Counted from the stretch's first letter, positions 50,584 to 58,772 are shown. The stretch: 64,000 nucleotides of DNA from an uncultured Gemmatimonadales bacterium (GCA_965651715.1 CBFGTB010000001.1:26938-90937); one strand, 5' to 3'. The notes: generated from the sequence alone by a model not told the origin. Numbers and translations are program-made.

Positions 50584-51630
50584 TCAGCGCCCCGGGGCCG
50601 CCGCCCACCAGCGCAAGCCAGTCACCGTGGGCACCGGGTCATGACTCTCAAGGATGAACCGTTCACCATCGTAGGCCATCGCTGCAAAACGGCCCGGCAG
50701 TGCCATGCTGCCGCGGTAGTCACAGTCGGACAGGGCGTAACGGTCGAGGTGACGGCCCCGGTCCTCACCACCGCCGTTGGCCAGCACGATCACTGTGGAG
50801 TCGACAAGTGCGATGGCGCTGACCGAAAATGTCGGTTGGCTGACCGGTTGGGTGGGATAGGGTTGCCCGCTGACCAGTTTGCCGATGCAGCGATGGTCGA
50901 GTCCCTGGTACACCACCAGCAGATTGCCATAGGGATAGGCCATCGCCCATACCGCGCCACCATTCGAGGCCACCACGACACTGCGGGCAAAGTCGGGCAG
51001 CGCGCCCAAAGCGGCGAGTGGTGGCGGCCGGGATTCGACCACCGCACCAGTGGTACTCAGCCGGAGCAGCGTGGTCGTGGCGCCACTCGACACCACCACC
51101 GGTTCATTGTTGACTAATGCGAGGCCGGCGAGGCGCTCGGCGGCGAGCGGAATCAATGTCGCAGTACCGCCGGTGTCGTCGAGGGCGGTGAGCCGGACTA
51201 CATCGGGGTCGGCCGCCCAGGTCATCCCTCGCTGATCGAATTGGAGTCCGAAGTTGCCGCGGAACTCGCCCGGCCCCTCACCGGTCCCGCCCGACGTCCA
51301 GCGTAACTGCCCGGTGCTGTCGAACTGCTTGACCCGATCGTCGCCGTAGTCGTAGGTCGCGAACCGACCGCCGCCCCCCACCAGCGTCCGCGGCATCAAA
51401 AGCAGCGTGTCATCGGCGGAGCCGCCGATCACAAACGCCGTGTCCCACGTCCCCGCCAACAGGTGCCGTGTCGGCGTTGCCAGCTCGGGCAACGGGTCCC
51501 AGGTGGCGGCGCCATCAGCGGGCCCGCCGGACCGGCTACAGGCAAGAAGCCCGAATGCCAGCGCCGCGAACCGCAGAGGGGAGATACATGTGCGTGGCCG
51601 CCATCCCCCCTCGGGTTCATTGGCGCTCAT
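50584..51630 (-). CDS. Beta-propeller (NHL / 6-bladed-like) lipoprotein, paralog P1
   Basis: Track ORF 50584..51825, trimmed to ATG 51630, which lies 12 nt after GGGAGAGG. Lipobox 'FGLLAC' and blade motif 'GGTGEGPGEFRGNFGL'. The upstream 65 codons are translated repeat DNA. Confidence 0.65.
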   Translation of the reverse strand: MSANEPEGGWRPRTCISPLRFAALAFGLLACSRSGGPADGAATWDPLPELATPTRHLLAGTWDTAFVIGGSADDTLLLMPRTLVGGGGRFATYDYGDDRVKQFDSTGQLRWTSGGTGEGPGEFRGNFGLQFDQRGMTWAADPDVVRLTALDDTGGTATLIPLAAERLAGLALVNNEPVVVSSGATTTLLRLSTTGAVVESRPPPLAALGALPDFARSVVVASNGGAVWAMAYPYGNLLVVYQGLDHRCIGKLVSGQPYPTQPVSQPTFSVSAIALVDSTVIVLANGGGEDRGRHLDRYALSDCDYRGSMALPGRFAAMAYDGERFILESHDPVPTVTGLRWWAAAPGR

Positions 51631-51841
51631 TCGTGGTGTGCGCCTCTCCCACAGTGTGACCATCCGCGAATGGACGCGAATACACGCGAATACTGCCCCA
51701 GCTCCCCTTCGCACTCTTTCGCGTTCATTCGTGTTCATTCGCGGTTTGCGCCTCTCCCACAGTGTGACCATCCGCGAATGGACGCGAATGCACGCGAATA
51801 CTGCCCCAACCCCCCTGGCACTCATTCGCGTTCATTCACGG
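51626..51841. repeat. Two tandem 108-bp modules, each an imperfect ~27-bp inverted repeat (hairpin) + CACAGTGTG palindrome + GGGAGAGG
   Basis: 51641 and 51749 carry the same cgcctctcccacagtgtgaccatccgcgaatggacgcgaat[a/g]cacgcgaatactgcccca. Arms are 51664-51692 vs 51718-51744, and 51772-51800 vs 51821-51841. Confidence 0.9.
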
Positions 51842-51907
51842 ACCTCATTCGCGTCCATTCGCGTCCATTCGTGGACCTCATTCGCGTCCATTCGCGTTCA
51901 TTCGTGG
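51842..51907. repeat. Two in-phase 33-bp tandem units (acctcattcgcgtccattcgcg[t/t]ccattcgtgg), each three ~10-11-bp CATTCG[CT]G subrepeats
   Basis: Units 51842-51874 and 51875-51907 differ at one position. Confidence 0.9.
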
Positions 51908-51968
51908 ACCCGCATTCTCCAAGCGAGGGGATCATCCACCAATCCAGCCGGGGCAACTCCATCGTCGA

Positions 51969-53084
51969 TCATCGTTTCCCCACAATCTCATACAGCACGA
52001 CATCCTGGAGGCCGTCCGCATCTTCGTCCGTCAGGAGGAGATGATTGCCGCCAAACCAGCGCAGCGACTGAGTGGTCTTCATGGGCAGCATGGACACAGT
52101 AGGGCTACCGCTCCGGAGCACGGCAAGGCGTCGTTCGGCCGCCGGACCAGTCACGACATCAACGACAACATCCCCCGCATCCGACACACGCAGATCCACG
52201 ACCGGGGAATAGACCCGAGGGACCAGGTCCCGACGATCCATCGCCTGATACAGTTCGTGCAGCACACGCCCTGCACGCCCAAGTCGGAAATTGATCGCAC
52301 TGTCACGAACCGATCCGGGAATTGGACTGGGCGTCAGCGCGAGCCGCCGGTTGAACACCGTATCACCGTTCACTGACACCACAACGACCCGGATCTCACT
52401 GTTCCCATCAACAGGCATCATGGGGACTGCCTCCGCGCCGAATTTCCCATTGGCTGAAAACGCGATCCGCGGCGTGTGACAGTACGGCACAAAGATCGAG
52501 ACACTTCCCTTCTCGGTTGGCCGCCGCAGCGAGCATGAGGCCTTGGGCCACAGTAGAACAGTCGTCGGTGGTTCGCCCTCCTCGCGACGTATGGAGTAGA
52601 TCGTCGACCCGCTGTCGCCGCGTGACTGCCACCAGCTCGCCCCTCCTGCTGGTGCGGCAGCCCGGAGACGAGGTGACGCGAGACCCGCCGGCGCCCGAAT
52701 CGTCGCAGTGGAATCCACTCGGCCGGACGCATCGAAAGACGTGCTCCGCTGCAGGGTCCAGTCGACAACCCACAGGCCGTTCGGGCGAACGAACAACTGC
52801 GCCACATTGCGAATATCGCCCGGCCCGGCCCCCGAAGCCCCAACGGTCCGCGCCTTGGTCGCCCCCGGAACAAAGCCGACAATGACACCATCCTCCGGCT
52901 GCCAGATCCAGATGGCGCCATCGGCGCCAACACCCGCTTCGGCCACACGGCTCAGATCGTTGGCGGTGGCCGAGATGCGGCGCAATTCCCTGAGAGTGCC
53001 CTCTTGGGCCGACATATGTGGTGGGACCGTCACACATAACAGTGCGGCGCCAACCATCACGCGGACAATCAGCGCGAGCCCCAT
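51969..53084 (-). CDS. Beta-propeller family secreted protein, paralog P2
   Basis: Track ORF 51969..53204, trimmed to ATG 53084 (MGLALIVRVMVGAALLCVTV...). A later ATG is also possible. Motif 'GASGAGPGDIRNV'. AT-richer than its neighbours. Confidence 0.6.
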   Translation of the reverse strand: MGLALIVRVMVGAALLCVTVPPHMSAQEGTLRELRRISATANDLSRVAEAGVGADGAIWIWQPEDGVIVGFVPGATKARTVGASGAGPGDIRNVAQLFVRPNGLWVVDWTLQRSTSFDASGRVDSTATIRAPAGLASPRLRAAAPAGGASWWQSRGDSGSTIYSIRREEGEPPTTVLLWPKASCSLRRPTEKGSVSIFVPYCHTPRIAFSANGKFGAEAVPMMPVDGNSEIRVVVVSVNGDTVFNRRLALTPSPIPGSVRDSAINFRLGRAGRVLHELYQAMDRRDLVPRVYSPVVDLRVSDAGDVVVDVVTGPAAERRLAVLRSGSPTVSMLPMKTTQSLRWFGGNHLLLTDEDADGLQDVVLYEIVGKR

Positions 53085-53154
53085 CCGCGAATGGACGCGA
53101 ATACACGCGAATACTGCCCCAACTCCCTTGACACTCATTCGCGCAGATTCGCGG
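53085..53154. repeat. Third copy of the hairpin module, abutting the P2 start codon
   Basis: 53085-53113 ccgcgaatggacgcgaatacacgcgaata is identical to 51664-51692. The partner arm is 53132-53154. The CACAGTGTG/GGGAGAGG tail is replaced by P2 coding sequence. Confidence 0.9.
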
Positions 53155-53319
53155 ACCTCATTCGCGTCCATTCGCGTCCATTCGTGGATCCCCTTCGCAC
53201 TCATTCGCGTTCATTCGCGGACCTCATTCGCGTCCATTCGCGTTCATTCGTGGATCTCATTCGCGTCCATTCGCGTCCATTCGTGGATCTCGTTCGCGTC
53301 CCTTCGCTGACCCGTTCGG
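53155..53319. repeat. Five in-phase 33-bp tandem units of the CATTCGCG repeat (last unit degenerate)
   Basis: Units are 53155-53187, 53188-53220, 53221-53253, 53254-53286 and 53287-53319. The last two overlap the 3' end of the acyl-CoA dehydrogenase ORF. Confidence 0.9.
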
Positions 53320-54543
53320 ACCGGCCGGCGTGAACGCCGCCGTCCCGGTCACCGCCTGGCCCACGATCAGCGTGTGCATGTCGTGGGTACCTTCGTAGGT
53401 ATAGACACTTTCGAGGTTCGCCATGTGGCGCATGCTGTGCCATCCCCCCAGGATGCCGTTGGCACCCAGCAGACGCCGCGCTTCGCGGGCGACGTCGCAG
53501 GCCATGTCGACGTTGTGACGTTTGGCCAGCGACACCTGGGCCGGCGTCGCCTGGCCCGCGTCCATCAGCCGTCCCAGCCGCATCGCCAGCAACTGCCCGT
53601 TGGTCACCCGGGTGATCATCTCGGCCAGGCGTTCCTGCTGGAGCTGGGTCGCCGCCAGCGGGGCGCCGAACATCACCCGGGACCTGGCGTACTGAAGTGC
53701 CTCATCGTAGCACGCCATCGCCGCGCCGAGACTGCCCCAGACGATCCCGTAGCGGGCCTGGGTCAGACATTGCAGCGGTGACTTGACGCCGGCCGAGAGC
53801 GGCAGGATCGCATCGCGCCCCAGTCGCACCTGGTCGAAGGTCATCGCGCTCGACTCCGACACCCGGAGTGAGTGCTTGTCGTCGATCCGGTGCACCGTCA
53901 CACCCGGGGCGTCGGTCGGCACCAGAAAGCCGCGGATACTCCGTGCCTCGTCGCTGCCGTTGGTCTTGGCCCAGACCACCGCGACATCGGCCGATGGGCC
54001 GTTGGAGAGCCACTTCTTGGTGCCGTGCAGCCGCCAGCCGTCGGCGGTTTCGGTGGCATCGGTGATCATCCCCGCCGGGTTGCTGCCGAAGTCCGGCTCG
54101 GTGAGTCCGAAACACCCCACCACCTCGCCGCGCGCCATCGCCGGCAGCCAGCGGGTCTTCTGCTCCTCGCTGCCGAAGGCCCGGATCGGATACATCACCA
54201 GCGAACTCTGCACCGACGCAAACGACCGAATGCCGCTGTCACAGCGCTCGAGTTCCTGCATGATCAGCCCGTACATGGTCGCGCTGTGCTCGGGCCCGCC
54301 GTAGCGCGCCGGGGTGGTCGGCCCGAGGCAGCCGAGGGCGCCCAGTTCGGTGGCCAGTCCCTCGGGGAATACGCCGGCGAAGTACCACTCGCTGATCCGA
54401 GGCATCAGCCGCGCCTCGACCCAGCTCCGGACCCGATCGCGCAGCGCCCGTTCCTCATCGCTCAGCAAATCATCGAGCGCCAGAAAATCGGGGGCCGTGA
54501 AGGGCGGCAGCGGCGGCGGATACAACGCGGCAAGCGGCTTCAT
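53257..54543 (-). CDS. Glutaryl-CoA dehydrogenase-type acyl-CoA dehydrogenase (copy 2) with a repeat-encoded C-terminal tail
   Basis: Start MKPLAALYPPP at ATG 54543 (ATGA overlap with the SprT stop). Colinear with copy 1 through '...YTYEGTHDMHTLIVGQAVTGTAAF', then 24 extra residues. Confidence 0.85.
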   Translation of the reverse strand: MKPLAALYPPPLPPFTAPDFLALDDLLSDEERALRDRVRSWVEARLMPRISEWYFAGVFPEGLATELGALGCLGPTTPARYGGPEHSATMYGLIMQELERCDSGIRSFASVQSSLVMYPIRAFGSEEQKTRWLPAMARGEVVGCFGLTEPDFGSNPAGMITDATETADGWRLHGTKKWLSNGPSADVAVVWAKTNGSDEARSIRGFLVPTDAPGVTVHRIDDKHSLRVSESSAMTFDQVRLGRDAILPLSAGVKSPLQCLTQARYGIVWGSLGAAMACYDEALQYARSRVMFGAPLAATQLQQERLAEMITRVTNGQLLAMRLGRLMDAGQATPAQVSLAKRHNVDMACDVAREARRLLGANGILGGWHSMRHMANLESVYTYEGTHDMHTLIVGQAVTGTAAFTPAGPNGSAKGRERDPRMDANGRE

Positions 54544-55253
54544 GCGATCAATCCGGGACGAAGGGTGGTCGGAATCTCTGCCAGCGGAACCGTCGCCGCC
54601 GGGCGAATGCCGACCGCCCGCGCCTTGCGCCGGAAGGCGGCACCATGATCCAGCGGCAGCCCGGTCTCCGCCTGCCACTGGTGCACCATTTCGTGCAGCA
54701 GTGTGTCGGTCACCCCGGCCCAGCCATCGCGTCGGAGGTGGCGTTCAGAAATTGTAATCGCCACCGAGCGACCGTCGACTGCCGCTTCGAACTCACCCAG
54801 GCGCCGCTCCATCCGCCGGGACAGGCGGACCGGCACCGTGCTGAGTGCTCCATCAAAGTACCGCTCGTTGAGGATGGCGTGGAGCCGTTCCAGTCGGGCA
54901 ATCACGGCGAGCTGTTCCGGCGGTATCCGGGGCGGCCCGCGCCGCGGTCGCGCCGGCGCGTGCCGCTCGACCGGAAACGCGAGGAAGATCCGTCGCGCCC
55001 GCAGCCGCTCGGCCCGGCTGGTTCGTGGCGCCACGAAGCGCAGAATCGCCTGCAACACCGCATCAGGCGCCCAGGCGTAGCCGGCGTGCAGCCGCAGCGT
55101 CTGGCGAGGATCCCATGAGACCAGCACGGTTCGGTTGCGGGTCAGGGACACCCGCACCTCCGGCGCCAGACCGAGTCGGTGGAGCCGACGCGGCAGCTCG
55201 GCTTCGGGGCGGGCATCGAGCGACAGTTCAAGTTGTTGTGCTGCGGCGGTCAT
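54540..55253 (-). CDS. SprT-like zinc metalloprotease domain protein
   Basis: 'LLHEMVHQW' HExxH in a SprT-like context. The start is either ATG 55253 or TTG 55268. Confidence 0.7.
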   Translation of the reverse strand: MTAAAQQLELSLDARPEAELPRRLHRLGLAPEVRVSLTRNRTVLVSWDPRQTLRLHAGYAWAPDAVLQAILRFVAPRTSRAERLRARRIFLAFPVERHAPARPRRGPPRIPPEQLAVIARLERLHAILNERYFDGALSTVPVRLSRRMERRLGEFEAAVDGRSVAITISERHLRRDGWAGVTDTLLHEMVHQWQAETGLPLDHGAAFRRKARAVGIRPAATVPLAEIPTTLRPGLIA

Positions 55254-55257
55254 GATC

Positions 55258-56109
55258 TCAGGCGTCAACCGGCAGAGCCGTGCTCCGTGGCCGGGGAAAC
55301 GACACCGCCGGCGCGGCGGCGAAATGGCCTGCCGCTCGATCCCAGACGCGGTGGTGCACCCTGATGGTGCTGCTGTCGACCTCGATCACATTGCACGCCG
55401 AAGGCCGCTGCCCCCGGGTGCGCGAGGTATGCGTCCCACTGGTGGCTACCACGGTTCCGTTGGGGAGGGTGCCCACCGCCTCCTGATGGTCATGGCCGCA
55501 GAGCACCAGATCGACACCGGTCGCGATGACCTGCCGCCATGAGCGACGCCAGTGCGCCAACCCCATCCGCTCCGAAATGGCCCCCCGCATCAGGTTCTGA
55601 TGCATCACCATCACCCGGAGCAGCTCGACCGGTTCGGCCTGGAACCGGGCGGCGATCCGCTCGGTCTCGCTGGCCGGCAGATGACCCTTCACCGCCATGT
55701 CATTGAGATTGTAGGTCATCGAACCGGTCGCGACGCCGTAGCTGGTGAGCGCGCCGCAGAACACTGCGCCGTCGACCACCAGCTTGGGCGTCAGGTCGTC
55801 GCCGAAGTAGCGACGGTACTTCTCATACTTGGGGCCCGCGCCCACCAGATCAAACGGTGTCGCCCACCACTGCACATCGTGGTTCCCCGGCACCACGATG
55901 GTCGGCGCCACCGTCCGCATCTGCTGGACAAACACCAGCGCCCGCTGGAACTCCCCGTGACGGGCCCGCTGGGTCAGGTCGCCCGCGATCGCCACGGCAT
56001 CGGGCCGCAACTCGGCTGCCAGCGCCTCAAGCGCTGCGATCTGCTGCAAATCCGCGTCGCGACCGAAGTGCAGGTCGCTCATCTGCAAAATGGTGAGGCG
56101 TCGGTTCAC
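55258..56109 (-). CDS. Calcineurin-like metallophosphoesterase
   Basis: 'MSDLHFG', 'AGDLTQ', 'PGNHD' and 'CGHDH' motifs. The GTG at 56109 forms GTGA with the upstream stop. Confidence 0.8.
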   Translation of the reverse strand: MNRRLTILQMSDLHFGRDADLQQIAALEALAAELRPDAVAIAGDLTQRARHGEFQRALVFVQQMRTVAPTIVVPGNHDVQWWATPFDLVGAGPKYEKYRRYFGDDLTPKLVVDGAVFCGALTSYGVATGSMTYNLNDMAVKGHLPASETERIAARFQAEPVELLRVMVMHQNLMRGAISERMGLAHWRRSWRQVIATGVDLVLCGHDHQEAVGTLPNGTVVATSGTHTSRTRGQRPSACNVIEVDSSTIRVHHRVWDRAAGHFAAAPAVSFPRPRSTALPVDA

Positions 56110-57485
56110 CACACCACCCGAAGACGGTAGCTGAGCGTCGCCTCGCCCTTGGCCGGCACCGCGACCGCGAAGGTCGTCCGACTCGACGACCGGGTGACCG
56201 CCGGCACCGAACTCGAGATCACCGACCACTCGCCGCCGCGCGCCTCGACGACATCGACAGTCACCGGCTCATCCTTGGCATTGCGCAGCGTCACGGTATA
56301 GCCGAGCGTGGCGGTGGTGAGATTGGGGCGCTCGGTCCGCACTGTGCTGTACTCGGTCTGGACCCGCCGGGCCGAGACATCGAACGCCATCCCGGTCTCC
56401 ACCTCGACCGGTGCCCCGGGGGCGGTGTGTCCGACCGCGCCGCTGCCCACCAGTTGAATCCGGCCGGCGCCATCGGCGGTATACACGCTCACCTGACCGG
56501 CCGGCAGCGCCAGATCGCCGAATGCCGTGCCGTTCTCGTGCGGCAGGCTGTAACTGACCATCACCGGGACCACATCCTCATCACTCCGCTGCGCGATGCC
56601 TCCGAAAAACGGCAGCGCACCGCCGACCGTCAGCCGTCGCTCCGGCGCGATCGCGGTGGGGGCAAACAAGGGTGTCACCATCTGCATGTTGGGCGTGAAG
56701 CTGAGCCGCTCCGGCAGGGTATAGAGTCGGGCTTCTCCGACCGCCTCGTTGCTGGCCATCTCGCGCCCGGCATAGTCGGCCATGGCCATGGCCTTGCCCA
56801 TCTGGGGCATCGGCGCCCGCGCGCCGCGCATCCCGATCTCTCCGGCCAGCAACTGCACCTCGGCATCGGTCAGATCGAGACTGCCGCTGGCGATGCTGGC
56901 CACGCCCTCGATCCGGGGCGACGCACCGAGCATGACCCGATACTCCGCCTGCCAGGCTCCCCCCGGCGTCTGATACATGACGCTGAGCCGATCGCGCGCC
57001 TGGCGGCTGGTGAATGTCACGTCGGCCACCGGCTGCAGCGGGACCCACTCGGTCGGCCAGAGGATCCGACCCGGCCGCTCGAAGACCACGCCGGGCATGG
57101 CGGCTCCGCCCTCGTCCAGCAGCTCCCACCGTTCGGGATCGAGCGCCACCAGTCGACCGCGTACCGCCGCGCGTCCCTCTCCCGACTGGAGGGTGAAGGT
57201 GTCGCCGATGTGGCGCCGCAGCAGCGCTGCCTCGTTGAAGGCGGAATCATAGCGCAGCAGATCGACACTCACATCGGAATCGAGCACGGCGAAGGATGTC
57301 GGATCGAACCAGCCGAGCATCAGGGGATGAGTCGACGTGCCGCTCGGCAGATGGAGCGGCAGGACCCGGCGCACCAGGGTGGTGCCGGAGTTGAAAAGTG
57401 TCACCGACGGCGCCTGCTGCGCCATCAGCGGCATCGCCGCTGCGGCGAGCAGAGCGGGAGTCATCAAGGCACGGAATCCGGTCAC
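56106..57485 (-). CDS. Large secreted hypothetical protein (reminiscent of the DUF4139/MuiA-like family; recollection only)
   Basis: Track ORF trimmed to GTG 57485 (GTGA with the upstream stop) or ATG 57464. Signal 'MTPALLAAAAMPLMAQQ'. Beta-rich body. Confidence 0.55.
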   Translation of the reverse strand: MTGFRALMTPALLAAAAMPLMAQQAPSVTLFNSGTTLVRRVLPLHLPSGTSTHPLMLGWFDPTSFAVLDSDVSVDLLRYDSAFNEAALLRRHIGDTFTLQSGEGRAAVRGRLVALDPERWELLDEGGAAMPGVVFERPGRILWPTEWVPLQPVADVTFTSRQARDRLSVMYQTPGGAWQAEYRVMLGASPRIEGVASIASGSLDLTDAEVQLLAGEIGMRGARAPMPQMGKAMAMADYAGREMASNEAVGEARLYTLPERLSFTPNMQMVTPLFAPTAIAPERRLTVGGALPFFGGIAQRSDEDVVPVMVSYSLPHENGTAFGDLALPAGQVSVYTADGAGRIQLVGSGAVGHTAPGAPVEVETGMAFDVSARRVQTEYSTVRTERPNLTTATLGYTVTLRNAKDEPVTVDVVEARGGEWSVISSSVPAVTRSSSRTTFAVAVPAKGEATLSYRLRVVW

Positions 57486-57772
57486 GGCAGAACCTCCATC
57501 GCGATGCGGGCCACGATCAGGTGGACCAGCAGATAGGTGGCGGGCACGGCGATGATGCCGGCCCAATGGCCGGTAGGAGACGTCGTCGGTCGGGCCAGCA
57601 CCCACGCCGCCGCCAGGGCGGTGGCTGCCAAGGCCGCTCGCCGGGCGATCCGCGCCACCCGGCGGGCTCGGCGCCGCTGGCAGGTGCGACAGCGCTCGCC
57701 GAAGTCGATCCCTTCGACGAACGTCCCGCACTCGACACAGGGGACCTCACGCCACCCGGCGGGTGACGGCAT
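57482..57772 (-). CDS. Small zinc-ribbon membrane protein
   Basis: 'CVECG...CRTCQ' (two CxxC), an Arg-rich stretch, then two hydrophobic helices. The ATG at 57772 lies 26 nt inside the 3' end of the dehydrogenase gene. Confidence 0.45.
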   Translation of the reverse strand: MPSPAGWREVPCVECGTFVEGIDFGERCRTCQRRRARRVARIARRAALAATALAAAWVLARPTTSPTGHWAGIIAVPATYLLVHLIVARIAMEVLP

Positions 57773-58760
57773 CACCGAATTCCCGGGTGGTGGCATGCCC
57801 GCCGAGGTCCGGGGTGCGGACATTGTCGGCCACGATCGTGGCCACCACGGCGCGGCGGATCCGATCGCCCGCCGCCGAATGACCGATATGATCGCACAGC
57901 ATCGCGGCGGCGAGGATCAACGCCGCGGGGTTGGCGATGCCCTGTCCTGCGATATCGGGTGCCGACCCGTGGACCGCTTCAAAAATCGCGGCGTGCTCCC
58001 CGATGTTGCCGCCGGGTGCCAGGCCGAGGCCACCCACCAGGCCGCTGATCTCGTCGGACAGAATATCGCCGAACAAATTGGTGGTCACGATCACGTCGAA
58101 CTGTTCGGGATGCATCACCAGTTGCATGGCACAGTTATCGATGATCAGATCGTTACACTCGATCCGACCCGCGTAGCGCGCGGCAACCTCACGCCCCACC
58201 TCGAGGAACAGCCCCGAGGTATGCTTGAGGATGTTGGCCTTGTGGACCAGCGTCACCCGCTTGCGACCATGTGACAGGGCATAATCGAAGGCGTAGCGGA
58301 CAATGCGCTCCGCCACGGTCCGGGTCACCACCGCCACCGACTCGGCCCGGCCGTGCGGATCGTCGCCCACCGCGACCCAGCGCTCCTCGCCGATGTAGAG
58401 GCCCTCGAGATTCTCGCGCACCAGCACGATATCGATGCCGTGATAGCGGCCGCCCGGCACGATGGTCCGGGTGGGACGCAAGTTGGCGAAGAGCTGGAAC
58501 TCCTTGCGCAGCGCCACGTTGACCGATCGGTAGCCGCCACCCACCGGCGTGGTAAGCGGCCCCTTGAGCGCCAGGCGGGAACGACGAATTGAGGCAATGG
58601 TCGCCTCGGGCAGCGGATCGCCATGGTCCGCCACGGCGGCCATGCCCCCCAGTTGCCGGTCCCAGTTCCAGTCGAGCCCTGTCGCTTCGAGCACCTGCAC
58701 CGCGGCGGCGGTGATCTCGGGGCCGATCCCGTCGCCGGGAATGAGTGTCACATCAGTCAT
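57747..58760 (-). CDS. Isocitrate / homoisocitrate / isopropylmalate dehydrogenase-family enzyme
   Basis: 337 aa with '[11 protein letters not shown]', 'NLRP', 'VRENLEGLY' and 'NLFGDILSD' motifs. Confidence 0.85.
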   Translation of the reverse strand: MTDVTLIPGDGIGPEITAAAVQVLEATGLDWNWDRQLGGMAAVADHGDPLPEATIASIRRSRLALKGPLTTPVGGGYRSVNVALRKEFQLFANLRPTRTIVPGGRYHGIDIVLVRENLEGLYIGEERWVAVGDDPHGRAESVAVVTRTVAERIVRYAFDYALSHGRKRVTLVHKANILKHTSGLFLEVGREVAARYAGRIECNDLIIDNCAMQLVMHPEQFDVIVTTNLFGDILSDEISGLVGGLGLAPGGNIGEHAAIFEAVHGSAPDIAGQGIANPAALILAAAMLCDHIGHSAAGDRIRRAVVATIVADNVRTPDLGGHATTREFGDAVTRRVA

Positions 58761-58772
58761 CTTGAGGCATCA

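Noticed and set aside
51631-51825. N-terminal extension of P1 with the duplicated 'GAVFACIRVHSRMVTLWERR.PRM' peptide
   Set aside because: This is a translation of the 108-bp tandem DNA modules (108 = 36 codons). The same DNA precedes P2 in a different relation to its start, and the lipoprotein signal begins after ATG 51630.
51626-51907. Insertion sequence / MITE call for the repeat element
   Set aside because: I saw no transposase, no clear terminal inverted repeats bounding a discrete unit, and no target-site duplications. It is kept as an unclassified repeat instead.
53155-53319. CRISPR array?
   Set aside because: The 33-bp units are directly abutting with no unique spacers, and no cas genes are in the window.
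53091-53333. ORFs encoding 11-aa peptide repeats (LIRVHSR[PS]FVD etc.; also 52708..53310, 51407..52102, 51463..52044, 53201..53443)
   Set aside because: The repeat period of 33 bp is a multiple of 3, so all six frames stay open across the array. There are several mutually exclusive ORFs, and no start context or coding bias.
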